From contig OZ024742.1 of assembly GCA_964016885.1 (NCBI GenBank), positions 92,132,001-92,196,000 on the forward strand: a stretch of DNA of 64,000 bases. The letters run 5' to 3'. The stretch comes from Eledone cirrhosa (lineage: Eukaryota). The notes below the pieces were generated by a model. It was not told the DNA's origin, did not search any database, and saw nothing but the letters and a program-made list of their open reading frames with translations. The translations under genes and the position numbers were made by a program. Positions 23,798 to 39,150 of this stretch are shown piece by piece. The first letter of the stretch is position 1; each line of letters opens with the position of its first letter.

Positions 23798-25773
23798 TAA
23801 TGTTGTTGGCAGCTAAGTGGTACCGAAGGGTTTTCACCGCTTTGCTGAAAGCACACAGATATGCCATTGTTAACTAAAGCAACCATTACTAAACCAATTG
23901 CAGCAATTTAAATACATTTCAACCACTTTCACTTTCGCATGACTGCCTGTCTTCTCTAGATGTGGTAGTCAGTGATACATTCACAAGAGCTATTATACGT
24001 TGACAGCCATTATTACATCACAGAACATGCTACCTGATCATTACACAGAACTGCAACATCTAGAGCAACCGTTATCGAAACACAGCAGGAAAAACAATCA
24101 CACGGCTACACTACAACAACCAGTATGCACTGATGTCAGAATCACATTATAATAACAGAATCACATTATAATAGTAGCAGCATCAGCAACAACGCAACTA
24201 CCTCCACGATAGCAACAATGTCAATAATAACGTAATTACATAACCCAGACATATCTGCTGTTAGTATTATAGTACCACGGCAACTGCCTCGTCATCAAAG
24301 GAACAGGGCAACCAGCTCTGAAGCGGATGATACTCGGCCTCGCCAAAACTACTGAAAGTTCAATTACAATCCGATCAAGCAGCGAAACAGCAGAGTCATA
24401 AGAGTGCTGAGGGAAATACCTTGCAGTATTTATTCCGGTTCTGTGCACTCTAATTTCAAATCCCTTTCAGCTTTTTGAGGTCGATAAAAGGGTACCAGTA
24501 TAGTACTGGGGTTGATTCTTCATCTATATCTGAGTTCAAATCTTGCTATGACTTAGTTTAGTACAACCACTGGGTCACTATGTGCTTTTAGCGGAGTCCA
24601 TTCTGCTGTAAGCATTCGGACAAGGGCACCAGTTTGGGGAAACCATTCCTCCCTCGCTCCAGCCTCGGAGGCCTTGAAAATCGCCTTCTCCCCTGATTAG
24701 ACAGTAAAAAAAAAAAGAAACACTCATTACAAAACAACCCATTGAGTTAAGAAACACATGGGAAATTTGAAATCTAGACCTTCGATTTCGATAGATAGTT
24801 GAGAAAATCGTTAAGTATCCTTTGGAGACGGAAGAAACTGGACAGACGCACCGATCCAGTTCCTGCTGTCTCTAAGGGTTTTCTCAACTATTACCTAGAG
24901 GGATCAATGATTCCCGCCGAGGTTGACTTTGCCTTTCATCCTTACGGGCTCGATAAGATAAAGTACCAGTAATGCACTGGGTAATTGCTGGCCTTGTGCC
25001 TAAAGTAGAAACAATTATTATGGTTATTTGCGTTGGAACGACTACATTACGAATTCATATTTAAAAACAAAACTATACATTTTGAACCTGCAGTCTTAAA
25101 AACGAACGACACATTGAATAATATATTTCTAGATAGATAATGCATAGAAGAAAAGCTGTAGAAGGGAACTGGATAATTGTGACTGTAGCTCAGATCTGTT
25201 AGGACTGATTTAGGGGAAATAAATGATGGTGGATTCCCTACTAGACTATTTTCTGTAGTACGGTGTAAGCTCATATTCAATTTTCATATATATATATAGA
25301 GAGAGAGAATAAAATAGACGATTTGTTATGACTTCATTGCGTTTATTGAGTAGTGACACGCGTTTCGCTATTGATCAGTTCAAGATTCAATCAGTATCGA
25401 TCTAGCCCGACTCTGGAATCAAAACCTCCTCGGACTTCTGTTGTGGTGATGACAGGCTCTCCAGACCACCCGCGAAGAGTGAAAAACCTCTAATATTGGA
25501 TGTGGTCAATTAAAATGCCTATAAACATCAATATATATCGTAAAATATGAAAAAATAGAGGGAGCGTCTTATGCCGGCAAGTACGCCATATTGTTATTAA
25601 TAATCTAGTATTAAAAAAATATATATTGCCAAGAAAGAAAAAAGTCGTGGAAGATATTTACGATTCGCGAATATACAGTGGTTAGCACGAACAATTATTA
25701 GTTAGGTTCAAAGGGAAAGTCTGCGAATACCCGGTACCGTGAATGCCGGACGTATACTGTATCTATCTATCGA

Positions 25774-25816
<43 letters not shown>

Positions 25817-25821
<5 letters not shown>

Positions 25822-26002
25822 AAAAGAGTCAGGACCCCGACGACTGAGCTCCGGCCGTTTCGACAGCTAGATCCGAACGGATCTAGCTGTCGAAACGGCC
25901 GGAGCTCAGCCGTCGAGGTCCTGACTTTTTTCCTATTACCCAATCTACTACCCTAAGTATCGAGTACTCTGGTCAACCTGGTATCTTAGCACACCTTCTT
26001 TG

Positions 26003-26003
<1 letters not shown>
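25817..26003 (+). mobile_element. Fold-back TA-inserted repeat with 3' half of a hammerhead; relatives at ~22120, 30167-30225, 30255-30420 and 30478-30642
   Basis: ~57-bp-arm palindrome at 25819-25935, containing GAAA CGGC cggagctca GCCG TC gagg. Confidence 0.7.
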
Positions 26004-26071
<68 letters not shown>

Positions 26072-26123
26072 TGTATGTGTATATATATATATGAATGTAT
26101 GTGTATATATATATATATATGAG

Positions 26124-26850
26124 AATAAACGTGCTGCGTGGTTGCAAATGGGTTACATATGAATAAAGTTAGTCCTTCATCAGTGATCTTCCAACCATCA
26201 CAGGTATTTCTTCGCTTTAAAGACCATATACCTCCGGTTGGTGCGAGCAACGGCTAAAAAAAGTCGTTGGGACACGTAAATAAAGGGAACACGAGTGTAA
26301 ACAAACAAAGATGGTGAAGCAACGAAAAGTGAGGAAGAACGAGTCAAGTCCCAAATTTCCATGAATATAAGTTCGGTGAAATCGTGAACGAGAGAGAATA
26401 AAGACCATCAAACCTGGTTGGAATGTGAGCAAGGAAGGAATTCCGTACAGGTCTAACGGGAGGATGAAGGGATCTAGTCTGTGAATTTGGTGAACATAAA
26501 TTCTGTGAAATCGTAGACGAGAGAGAGAAAAAAGGCGAACCAGCCTGGCCAAGCGTGCGAAAGAAAAGAATTACGCACAGGTCAAACGGGAAGAAGGAGG
26601 AGGGGGAGGAGGAGAGGTAGTAGCAGAGAGTGAGTGAGTGAAGGGTGAGAAAGAGGCTAACAGAGAGAGTGACTGTTAGAGAGGGTAAAGATACAGAGAA
26701 AGAGGAAGCAGTAAGAACGAAATAGACGGGTCACGGCGGGGGAAAAAATATGTGTAAATATGAACATAAACGTGCTGCGTGGTAGCAAATGGGTTACATA
26801 TGAATAAAGTGGTCCTTCGTCAGTGATCTTCCAACCATCACAGGTATTTC
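26124..26850. repeat. ~86-bp direct repeats ~641 bp apart (pLTR-like unit)
   Basis: ataaacgtgctgcgtgg...catcacaggtatttc occurs at ~26125 and ~26766; the left copy abuts (TA)n. Confidence 0.75.
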
Positions 26851-27405
26851 ACAGATCGCAATAGGAGCTGCATTCCTGTGCATTCGCCCAAAATGAATTT
26901 TAGAGCCGGTGGTAGATATGTTCCACAGCTTTGAACAAGGTGTAAAGGACTGTAATGTTCGCGTGGAGCTGCATGCTATAAACATAACCCGTGATGTCTT
27001 CAGACATTTGATCTCTCATTTGTAACAAAACCATCTTTTGAGAGAGTAATACAACCTCTAGCATTTATTTACATTCGAAATCATATGCCTGGACGTTTCT
27101 GTTCACACCCAAACAACTGTTGTTCATTATGTTTAGCAATGTGAATATCGATTACCGGGTGATCATCCATTTCAAAAATACATAAGGTTGTAACCACCGT
27201 TGCTGATACCATGATCAAATTCCATGCTGCATTGGTCATAGTAATGTAAAACCAAGCCGGATCTAGTTAGCATATCTAAGGGCCCAATAGCAGAACATAT
27301 ACCCAAACCTGATATATGTGAAAGAGAGCAACGAGAAAGTGGTAATGTAGTCCTGCTTATGACCTAGATAATGACTACACACACACACACACATACACAA
27401 CACAC

Positions 27406-27594
<189 letters not shown>

Positions 27595-27595
27595 A

Positions 27596-27981
27596 ATTAG
27601 AATTGGTGCTCTGAAATAGCGATATATATATGAATGTATATATAGTGTATTTTGCAATACACTGTATGCTTAATTAAAAGCATTTTGAAGACCTTACGCT
27701 ATTGTTTTAGAGTAGTGACAGTCTCACTTACTTTAAATTTTCAGCAAACGGGGGAGATAAAGCTGACAGAGCTCTGTTTTGTACTGATTGGTACTTATCA
27801 AAGCCAAGTACTCCACCTGTTTGCTGAAAATCATGAATGTTTGATTCTTATAGAATTCTAGTAATAATCAGGAACTGATTATACAGAGCGGTTGCCGGTC
27901 AAGCAGAAATTAAAAGCATTTTGAAAACCGATGCTTTTAATTAAGCATACAGTGTATTGCAAAATACACTATATATATACA

Positions 27982-27990
<9 letters not shown>
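27596..27990 (-). mobile_element. ~300-bp hammerhead-bearing repeat family, locus B (unit + inverted segment) in (TA)n
   Basis: Homologous to 15306 and 42652. The motif at 27761-27805 (minus) reads ggct TTGATAA gtac..gtac AAAA CAGAGCTCTG TC agct (G12 mutated). Confidence 0.8.
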
Positions 27991-28034
<44 letters not shown>

Positions 28035-28038
<4 letters not shown>

Positions 28039-29180
28039 CAAGATGGATACTCTAAAAATTAAAAGGCATGCTGTAATTCAATTGTGGCTTTAAAGGTGAT
28101 TTAAAGATATCTAAATTTTTTAAAATTGCCAGATCTTTCATCGACAATGTTCGTAAGGATTTAGAGACTGATGATGGAATTGTATCAGAAGCATCAGAGC
28201 ACAAAAAGCATTCCTAACGCTCTGCCATCATCAGAACACCTGAATTTATCCAGCAGACCATTGATGACAATCCCATAAAATCCATGAGATCACTTGCAAA
28301 AGGTTTCCATGTGTCAGAAGGAACAATCAGAAATGTTGTCCACGATGACATGAGATATAACATGTGATGAGGAAAGGTCAATTTATGTCAGAAAGAAAAA
28401 GAAAAACGCTTAATCAGATCTGAAAGGCTCTTAAACAAACTAAAAAATACAGCAGAAGTTGATGTGATTTGGTTTTTCATAGACGAGATAAACTTTGACC
28501 AAGATCGGAAATTTAACAAAATAAATAACAGATGGTTATGGGCAGACCTTTCTGATGTTCCTATTGTTATGCACATAAACCTTCCTGCAACTGTAATGGT
28601 TTGGGGGTTTGACAGCAATGAAGGACATGTGATGCCTCCTCATTTCTTTCCACCAGGCCTCAGATTTAACTCTGCTGTCTACATTGAGGTCATGGTAAAC
28701 GTTGTTAATCCTGATAGACAGTGTATGTAATGGAAGGCTTTATGTGCTTCAGCAAGACACTCCACCATCTTACAAGGCTCAAGTAACGCAGGGAGGAATG
28801 GCTGGAATTTGGCATGATCACATAACCCCCAATATTTGGCATCCTAACTCCGTAGATCGCAATCCATTGGACTACTACGCGTAAAGCGTTGTTGAGCGAG
28901 AGGTCAATGAATACACTCATCAGACCAAAGATTCTTTGAAAGCCGACATAGACAAAGTAATGTCCAATATGAACCAGGACCATTTAATTCGAGCATGTAG
29001 ACGACTTCGATTTTGTATAGAAGCAGTTATTGAAGCTGGAGGAGGCTTTCTTGAATATAATTATTTAAAAAATGATTTATTTTTATACTGATAGCATTTT
29101 TTCAATAATTAAGTTATTTGTTATTATACATCTGTTTTTCTATAAACATAAATCTGTCCTCAAATACCTTACACATCCTG
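28035..29180 (+). pseudogene. Decayed Tc1/mariner-superfamily (maT/DD37D-like) transposase and right end
   Basis: Fragments WFFIDEINFDQD, VMVWG..SNEGHVMPPHFF, LQQDTPPSYKA and WHPNSVDRNPLDYY across frameshifts; ends ...acacatcctg-TA. Confidence 0.85.
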
Positions 29181-29184
29181 TATT

Positions 29185-29323
<139 letters not shown>

Positions 29324-29325
29324 TA

Positions 29326-29407
<82 letters not shown>

Positions 29408-29798
29408 GCGCGTGTACGTGTCTCTGTGTGTGTGTGTGGATGCCCCCATATAGCTAAGTACGATGTAATCTCCCGCTAGATTTGAATGATGACATTGTCA
29501 TTAGTATGGAGATAAAGTCCCACCAAGTGAAGCTGGTACATTAATATCAACTTTTCTATTCAAAAGAACACGAAACAATGTCAGAGTTACTTGTGTTGTG
29601 TCCACCACCTTCTACACTGAAGAACTTGAGATAGCACATCTGTACTTGATTTAATATATGTAAGATGTCACATTTCAACAGTGACTACACCACGTTTTTC
29701 AGTCGCTCTGACATTGCTGCAGCAGCAGATGATGATGATAGCAGTGGCGGTGGTTGCGGTGTTGATAAAGTTCCTGGTAGTGCGTTTGCTGATGATGA

Positions 29799-29829
<31 letters not shown>

Positions 29830-29830
29830 C

Positions 29831-29901
<71 letters not shown>

Positions 29902-30641
29902 AAAGTTTTTAAGTCCACATGGGTAGAAAAATAGACAAAGGAAATTTGAAAATGCACTTGGAGTCTTTAAGAAGATAAAACATCTTTTTACAATAATTTA
30001 ACAAGTACATGATTTTCAAAGTTCACCTAGAAGGAAAGACGTGGAGCTATGCCTTTACTGTTTCGCCGTCTTTCCATCTCACTTAACTTATCGAGATGAT
30101 GAAATATCTTCTTAAAACTGTTATGTTCACTGAATTTTCAATATAATTTATTTATATATATATATAGGAAAAGTGTCAGGAACCCGACAGCTGAACTCCG
30201 GAAGTTTCGACAGCTAGATCCGAACTAAGCCACCAGTATATATATATTTATATATGAAAGAGTCGGGATCCCAACGGCTGAGCTCTTGCCGTTTCAATAC
30301 CTTGTTCCAGACTCGACTCTGTCTGGAGCTAGCTGTTGAATCGGCAACAGCTCCACCGTCGGAGTGCCGCCTATTTAATATAACCATACTCTACTATCTC
30401 AAGCATCGAGAACTCTGGTGAGAAATGGTCTAACCAGTTTCTTACTGTATCCATCTTGATTTATATATATATATATATAACGAAGGAAGTGTGGTAAGGA
30501 ACCAGGGGGACCATAACACACCAGAGTACTCAATACTTAGGTTAGTAGAGTGGGCAATAGGAAAATATTCAAGACCCCGACGACAGAGCTCAAGCCGTTT
30601 CGACGGCTATTTCTGGATTGAAATAGCCGTCGAAACCGGCT

Positions 30642-30733
<92 letters not shown>

Positions 30734-30737
<4 letters not shown>

Positions 30738-31133
30738 TAAACGGAATAGAAAATGCTGACAAATTGTTCACAGTGAAAAATAGTTTAATTGGGAATAAGT
30801 GAGAATTAGTAATTGTATTGGTTAGTATTCAGTTTTGGTTTTAAGTTTTACCGGTTGCGCATTTCTAATGCTTTTCAAAATTAATTTTGAGATAGAGCGT
30901 CCGTGATGTTTGCTCTGATCTGGGTGCTATATATATATATTGTATATATATATATATACAGCAAACAGCACGGACACTCTATCTCAAAATTATTTTTGAA
31001 AAGCATTTAGAAATGCGCAACCGGTAAAAACTTAAAAACTTAAAACCACAACTGAATACTAACCCATACAATCACTAATACTCTTTTATTCCTAATTAAA
31101 CCGTTTTTCAACTGTGAACAATTTGTCAGCATT

Positions 31134-31134
<1 letters not shown>
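30734..31134. mobile_element. Collapsed copy of the long-TIR fold-back element in (TA)n
   Basis: Arms 30734-30922 and 30958-31134 are homologous to the TIRs at 41494 and 42468. Confidence 0.8.
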
Positions 31135-31164
<30 letters not shown>

Positions 31165-31226
31165 TTATCTATATCTATATATATATATCTATATATATAT
31201 GTTTATATATATATATATATATATAT

Positions 31227-31263
<37 letters not shown>

Positions 31264-31310
31264 TATATATATAGATATATATATAGATATATATATATAG
31301 ATATAGATAA

Positions 31311-31355
<45 letters not shown>

Positions 31356-32623
31356 AAGTTAAAAATCAATCAATTAAGGAAGTCTGTGCAAATCACATTA
31401 TATTGGGAAAGTAATAAAGAATGCGCTGAATGTTCTTTTTTTTATATAGATGCACATTTACAATACACAACGAAAAGAAATTATCTCATACAAAATAAAT
31501 TATGTAGTATACATTAAAGTATATGGCGGTTTTCAGAAATAGTCATGATTATAGTTTCGGAAAACATCGAACTTCGGCAAAGTTCTTCCTCCGCAATCAT
31601 TTACTAAGAAGAATCCTTGTTGGGTACGGTTAGTTTATTTGTTAAAAGTATAGTCTTTGTTTGTCAGAGTGTCAGATCCACTTGTCCAATTTAGGGCTCA
31701 TAGTAAAGTTTACATGTTATATTATATAATAAAGTGTGGGAGTTACATGAGCAATTGTATAAAATCTTGAAAATATGTTCTTCATTGAAGTAAAATTCAG
31801 GACCTTCTAATAGGTCGTTGCATACGCCGCAGTATAGAATGCGAAAATATATAAACATAGACGTATGTGTGTGTGTATATATATTTATATGTTTGTATGG
31901 CAATGAATGTATGCATGTAAATGTATGTATGTATGCATGTCTGTTTGTTTGTTTGTTTGTATGAATGCATGTTTGTTTCTATGTATGTATGTGTGTCTGT
32001 GTATATATGTGCGGGTACATGAAAATACTCAGTTTGGTGCCTAACCGCGTTGTTAGCCCACCTCGAGTATGAGACCCCGAGTTCTTAACGGGACATCATT
32101 CCAGGAGAAAAAAAAATTCATGTAAAACCTGCGCCACGATAGCATCCAATGTTGTTGACCTGTTATTATTTGTAGATACCTGTCACCTTTGTTCAGAGAA
32201 AATTGTGACCTATCTTCATGCGCTTAGACTCGTATAAGCGCATGAAGATAGGTCATGATTTTAATCCCTCTTATATTCTGGAGATATGGTGAATATTGGG
32301 CCTTGAAACCTTAGGTAGCACTTTTGTTCCGTGTATGAACTTAAATAAAAAATATAATATTTCTTCTCTTTTCCCGATTGAGCATTGTTTTCCTTTTTAA
32401 CACCTACAGATATTGCTACACACACACACGCTCACTCACTCCCTCTCTCGTTCTCTCTCTCACACACACATACACACACATATATATATATTTATAATCT
32501 GCGTGTGTGTATAGATATATGTGTGTGAGTGTGTATAAATCTAGACACACACAACGTATATATAATCTGTGTGTGTGTATAGGTATATGTGTGTGATTGT
32601 GTATAAATACATAAACACACGAC

Positions 32624-32668
<45 letters not shown>

Positions 32669-33694
32669 AGTGTGTATGTGTGTGTATTCAGAGAGAGAAA
32701 GAGAGAGACGCCTATATTTATATACACGTATGCATATAAGCACACACACTCACATATATATTTACATGCGTGTACGTGTGTGCGTAAATGTGTTTGCGAA
32801 TGAGAGATGAGTAGAGGTGTCTGTCAAAGAAAAAGTCATGGAGGCGTATTTGGAACCAATCGATCACAATTGCTACCGTTTACAAACACCATTTAGACGA
32901 TACCAAATACTCCTACTACAAAAGAAAGCGATGCTTCAATTAAATTCCTTCATCTCTCTTCAAATCGTTTTCAATAGCATTATCGATTCAACAGGAAAGC
33001 GTTTGGGAGTAAGAATCAATAGCAGACGATAAGACTAATTCTCCCTCCAAAAGCAGGAGATTTCTTTCGAAATTGAATTTGCGAATGATATCACGATTTT
33101 TTGTCAGTCACCCGTGAACGAAACCACCAAAGCAATGTTTAACAAAGCGTGCAATTAGAGATAGAATACGACCTGACTTGATGCATCTTCAAGCATGTTA
33201 GCAGGCAGAGAGCATGCAAAAGAGCAATACGCATGCGAACCACCGATTGCTTTTGAAAGTCAAATTAGAAGGACCCTTGTGACAGTAAAGTTGGTGTGGA
33301 GTGGTTATCTAAATAAAAAAATCGATAATTACTAACGGCAACATTTATCTAGTCGTTGATATTGATGCATTTGGCAATACCATTCATCGGTTGTTAATGT
33401 TCAAATAGGAGAAACGAAAGAAAGAAAAGAAAAGGATATTTTATTCCAAATCTTACAATATAAAATGTGTAAAAAACAAACGAACGAAAATCGTTAATAG
33501 TGTACCGGACTATCATAGGAAGAGGTGCATATACTTGATTCTCACGTGACTCACTCAACATGGCTGTAAATGGGTACAACAAACTGGCACATGATTCCGG
33601 GTTATTATCACTGCGTACTATATATAACCTCGGTTTCACCAATGCTTTGTGAGTGAAATTTGATAGACGAAAACTGAGGGGCCCTCGGTGTATG

Positions 33695-33807
<113 letters not shown>

Positions 33808-34094
33808 TAACGTAATGGTTCAACAAAACAGAGTTCGATAAAATAGGCGCTATACTTTTTAAAATATGCGTAGGGTTGATATGGTCGACTAAATCCCTTA
33901 AAGGTGGTGATCCAGCATGGCCAAAGTCCGATGAGTATTAAAATAGTAAACTAAGTAAAGATGACCGCTGTACGCATAAGGAGCAGGGTCAAGTTGAAGA
34001 ATGTTTCGTTAGATTATAGTGTTTTGCTCAAATTCTCCTATTTGCTTATCCTCGAGATGAGGGCGAGGCGGGGTTAAATATCATTTTAGATACA

Positions 34095-34275
34095 ATAGTT
34101 ATCTCCTTCGAAATACGACTCCTGGGAGTCCTACAGTGGGTCCAATGTTTTTTCGTTTATTCGTTGATCGTGGCAAGTCATTTTGTTGTGAGTGTCTCTA
34201 GCTCGTCAGTTACAATTTTTTGTATGTTCTCCACAATCCCAAAATGTTGTCCTTTCTTACGTTTGGGACAAACCT
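34095..34275 (-). pseudogene. mariner transposase C-terminal remnant
   Basis: Hand translation of the minus strand gives KGQHFGIVENIQKIVTDELETLT and ...YFEGDN, with stops and frameshifts. Confidence 0.65.
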
Positions 34276-34463
34276 CATACTTAATAGTGTTCCATAAGCC
34301 GAATGTAATATTGAACTCAGCATCATCATCACCGTAGCCTCATTCTACGTCTCAGATTTCTGCACTTAATGTTTTCGAACTTTCAAATGCGAGAAAACTA
34401 AATAGAATGAGTAACATAATACCGCAAAAATAGGAACCATAAATATTGCAGAAGCTTGTTTGT

Positions 34464-34538
<75 letters not shown>

Positions 34539-35399
34539 AAGAGAAAGAGCTTTTCCACAGGACTGGGGTGCGAGAAAGTCTGAATTTTAGCAGCTTTTGC
34601 ACAATGTCAAATTTAACTACCACCTTCCCATCGTCCATATGAGGAAAACCTCGTGTAGCCTTCTAAGATAATCTGGTATCTCAACAGAATGACAAAATTC
34701 CGCACAGTTAATGTACCGAGAGACCGAAAAAGAAAAACGAAAATACCTATAGTGGGTTTGAACTAAATATCTAGGATATCGTAGTTCAATAATTTACCCT
34801 ATAAACCATTTTTGTCTTCACCCGCCACCAAAAACGTCTTGTTTATTTTATTTTATTTTCTGTTTTGCTGCATCTATTATTCATACGCTTGATATATAAA
34901 GAAAAGGAAAGAAATCGAGGAGAGTATTTTTGCCGGTCGCATCTCCTAGTAGGACTGTCATTACTTTCCGAGTGACAGAAAGTGGGATTTGAATTCAGAA
35001 GACAGTCAGTACGGATACTACAAAGCATCCCGTCTAACTCTTTAACAACTTTCTTCCCGAACTGGTACATTTTTTATCGAACGCGAACAAACAAACAAAA
35101 AAAAAATAGGCAAAGATGACCTTGGAGTGTTTTGAACACAGTGTGCAGAGAGAGCCGGAACAACTTCGGAGGCATTTTATCCCACGTTCTAACTATTATG
35201 ATAATGTGCTTGTAATTTACTTATTTTAAAAACTTTGTATCTATTTATACATTTTGTATTTATGCCAAAAATGTCCAAGGGTTCATATTTCCATCCAACA
35301 ATCTGTCAGTTTATGGTATTAATTTGATATTTTAATCTACTTTAGCTATATTTCCGTAAATATAAAAAGTGAGGGTGAATATGGAAATAAATAATAACA

Positions 35400-36050
35400 A
35401 TAATAATTGTTTCTATTTAGGCACAAAGCCAAAAATTCGGGGGTGGGTGGGGGAGCAAGTCGATTAAATCGACCAAGTGCATTACTGGGACTTTATTTTC
35501 TCGGTCCTGTAAGGATGAAAGGCAAAGCTAACCTCGATGGAATTTGAATTCAGACTGCTAACAATAATTGTTTCTACTTTTGGCACAAGGCCAGCAATTA
35601 TATCAGAGCATTACTGGTACTTTATTTTATCGACCCCGTAAGGATGAAAGGCAAAGTTAACCTCGGCGAGATTTGAGCTCAGAACGTAAAGGGTCATAAC
35701 TCTATGCTGTAAAGCATGGTGTCTGACGCTCCTCTACCGATACTGCCAATTCACCGCCCTCAGACTGCTAATAATAATAATGGTTTCTTATATAGGCACA
35801 AGGCCAGCAATTTTAGGGGAGGCGAAAGTCGATGACATCGACCCCAGTGCGTGACTGGTACTTTATTTTATCGACCCCGTAAGGATGAAAGTCAAAGATA
35901 ACCTCGGCGGGATTTGAACTCAGAAAGTAAAACGTCGTAACTCTATGCTAATAATAATTGTTTCTACTTTTGGCACAAGGCCAGCAATTATCCCAGTGTA
36001 TTATTTGTACTTGATTTTATCGACCCCGCAAGGATGAAAGGCAAAGTTAA
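35400..36050 (-). mobile_element. Nested cluster of four major-family SINEs
   Basis: Four consecutive consensus matches; the copy at ~35563-35760 is flanked by TSD tcagactgctaa. Confidence 0.85.
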
Positions 36051-37404
36051 TAATAATAACAACAAAAGAAAGAAAAAGATAAAAATTGTGGGGAAGAAAC
36101 TGGGTGGGACAAACGCTATAGTTGGTGGGCAAGCTTTGAACGTCTTTAAGTCTAGGTCTGCTCGATCATAGTTAACCTGGATTTAAACAATAATAAAAAA
36201 TAACAACTCTAACTAACCGTGAATTCGATGATTCGTATAATGGTAACACTGGTCTTCAGTATTGTCAATACGATAAAACACACTACAATAGGTCTGCCGG
36301 ATCGGAGTTGACCTGATATAAACAACAGAGCTAAACAACAGTAATAGAAACACTAACTAGCCGTGAATTCAGTGATATGTATGATTACAACAATTTTCAG
36401 TGCAGCCATTTCTATAGGATACACTACCAAGGAGAACTACCAAATGGAGAAAATGAAATAGAAAATGTTAAATTATAACATATATTATCTTAACAAAGGA
36501 TTGAAATAAGAGGAGATAAGCTATATTGAAGTTATAATTGTTTCAAGTGGAATATTCTTACTATTCCAAAGCACGCCAATGAAGATTGCAGAGTGCCTAG
36601 CTGAATGCATTTCAATATTGTCTGTCTCCTCACTTCATTCCGCGTACAACGCCCCTCCCCGTAGTTTGCCTTTTATCTCTCCATATGTAACAGTAATAAA
36701 ATATCAAGGTTTCATTAAAATTGGTGTCTAGTCAGAAAATAAAATGTATTTTTTATGCCCCAGGTGGTCGAGTGGGAGTAACAATTAGATATCTGTTGCT
36801 AGTTGTCCTCCAGACGATTTTCGTTTGCTATGAATAGGTATCAAGAAAAGTTGAGGTTTACTCATCTAAAACTAATATCGCAAAGCACTTGTTCGAGGCA
36901 CTAATATGTTGATCGTTGAAACCATGCTGACGGCTTCGTTTTTTTTTACTGTTCATATTTTTTATCTTATACTTAGAAATAACAACTGCAGCCACGGTCT
37001 TTTGTTTTTCCGCTCTGAATTCAAATCCCGCATAGATCAACTTTGCCTATCATACTGCTGAAGTCGATAAAATAAAGCACCAGTCCAATACTGAGGTTGA
37101 TTTAATCGATTTTCCTCTTTCATTTATATTTCTGAACATGATCCTCAATTATTAAACATTAATAATTATAATAAATGACAATCCAGGATCAGAAGACGTA
37201 GTAAAGTAACAAAAGAATGTTTATTTTCATGTTCTTTCATTTATGAATATGTTCAGCTCTCGATTTTACAGCTGCGGATGTAGGTTACACAATGAAAAAA
37301 GAAATTAACCACGCAAGATATCACATAAAAAATGTATGGAATTCTATGTACGAATGAAAAAACATTTAAGGTTTTAAAATATACTTAGCCTTGTGGAATA
37401 ATTA

Positions 37405-37592
37405 TAATAACCGTTTCTACATTTGGCACAAGGCCAGCAATCACCCAGTACATTACTGGTACTTTATTTTATCGACCCCGTAAGGATGAAAGGCAAAGTG
37501 AACCTCGGCGGGATTTGAACTCAGACCGTAAAGGGACGTAACTATGCTGGAATGCATGGCGTCCAACTCTCTACGGATACTGCCAATCCACA
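37405..37592 (-). mobile_element. Major-family SINE
   Basis: Reverse-complement consensus match. Confidence 0.85.
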
Positions 37593-38479
37593 ATAATGAG
37601 ATGAGCGTAGAATAAATTTTAGTAACTGAATTATTGCGATTACAGAACGCTTAGTAGTTTATTTCCTGAAGCTTTTTAAAATAATCATATTTATGTCCAT
37701 GATGGCGAATAGGTAGAGTCTATTATATGTATAGAATGTGGGATAAAATGCTTTGCGGTTTTTTCCTGGCTATCTACGTTCAAAACTCGCGAAGGTCAAC
37801 TTTGCCCTTCATCCTTTCGAGGCCACTAAAAAGTAGTGTCAGTCCAGTATTGGGGTCTGTTCTCTCTCTCTCTCTCTCCATTCTCTCTGTGAATGAAATC
37901 GGCTGTGTTCAAACCTACTAATTTCCCGCCATCCCCGAAAGAATATGAATGGCGCAAATGGTGAATCAAACCCGAGAATGCGGTCTTGACTCCCAAACCA
38001 CTACTGATTCTTTCCTTTAAGGAGTTCATCACGATAGAAACAAATGACTCTGCGAAAATTGCTAATTCCAACAAATTCGCTATAGCATCATTTAGAGATT
38101 GAGGGGGAAATTGTTTCCGCGGGATTGGGCGAGAGAGGGGGGTGTAAAAGAAAAGAGCTGCTCCTTCCGAAGGCCTAATAATGCTAAAAAGCTGATTAAT
38201 ATTTTTAATAAATGGTTTCACTGTGGAAATTATTTGTGAGATAGCAAAATTTAATTTCCGTTTTCTGTTTTCTTTTCTTCATAATTTTTTTTTTAGTGAG
38301 TTTGCCTAGAGAGAAAATGTGAGAGAGTGAGGGAGAGAGTGAGGAAGAGAGAAATAGGAAGAGAGTGAGAACAGAGACGGAGTAAGAAAGACATGAAAAA
38401 AAATAAAAGCTAGAAAAGGAAGGAAGTGGGGGGAGAAGTGGAAAGTAGCCTTGGTGACTGGCATGAGAAAAAGTAAGAC

Positions 38480-38707
38480 TATGACAGAGAGAGAGAGAGG
38501 GGGGAGGGCGGAGTAGGAATATATATAGAATATAGCTTATGAGGGAGTTGGAGAGAGAAATATGTAAGGTGAAGGAAATGAGAGAGAGAGAGAGTGTGTG
38601 TGTGTGTGTGTCTGTGTGTGAGAGAAAGAGAGAGAGAGAAAGAGAGAGAGTGTGTGTCTGTGTGTGAGAGAAAGAGAGAGAGAGAGAGGGAGAGAGTGTG
38701 TGTCTGT

Positions 38708-38739
<32 letters not shown>

Positions 38740-39150
38740 TGTTGAAGATAAAAAGAGATAAAAATCATTATCAAAGTAAAATATGAAACAGAAACAATTC
38801 AGAGAAAGTGTGAGTGAGTGTGTGAGTGTGTGAGTGTGTGAGTGTGTGTGTGTGTGTGTGTATGCTTGAGAAAGAGAGAGTGTGCGTGTATGTGTATGTG
38901 TGTGTATGTGAGAGAGAGAGTGAGTGTTTGTGTGTGTGTGAGTGAGTGTGCTTGAGAAAGAGAGAGTGAGTGTGTGAATGTGAGAGAGAGAGAGTGTGTG
39001 TGAGTGAGTGTATTGAAAGAGAGAGTGTGTGTGAGTGAGAGAGAGAGTGAGCGAATGTGTGTGTGTGAGAAAGAGTGAGTGTTTGTGTGTGTGAGAGAGA
39101 GAGAGAGAGTGAGTGAGTGTGTGTGTGTGAGAGAGAGACAGACAGAGCAT
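38480..39150. repeat. Mosaic (GA)n/(GT)n low-complexity tract
   Basis: Read directly. Confidence 0.9.

Noticed and set aside
25350-25410. Hammerhead half-motifs GAAACGCGTGTC here and GAAACACGTATC at ~43505 (both minus)
   Set aside because: No intact CUGAnGA or stem I pairing could be found; at best these are decayed copies.
35400-36050. Regularly recurring repeats suggestive of a CRISPR array
   Set aside because: They are ~190-bp SINE copies in eukaryotic DNA, with no spacer structure and no cas genes.
37826-38221. 131-aa minus-strand ORF in non-repetitive DNA
   Set aside because: No recognisable motif, and it ends in a SINE/microsatellite. A host exon cannot be supported from sequence alone.
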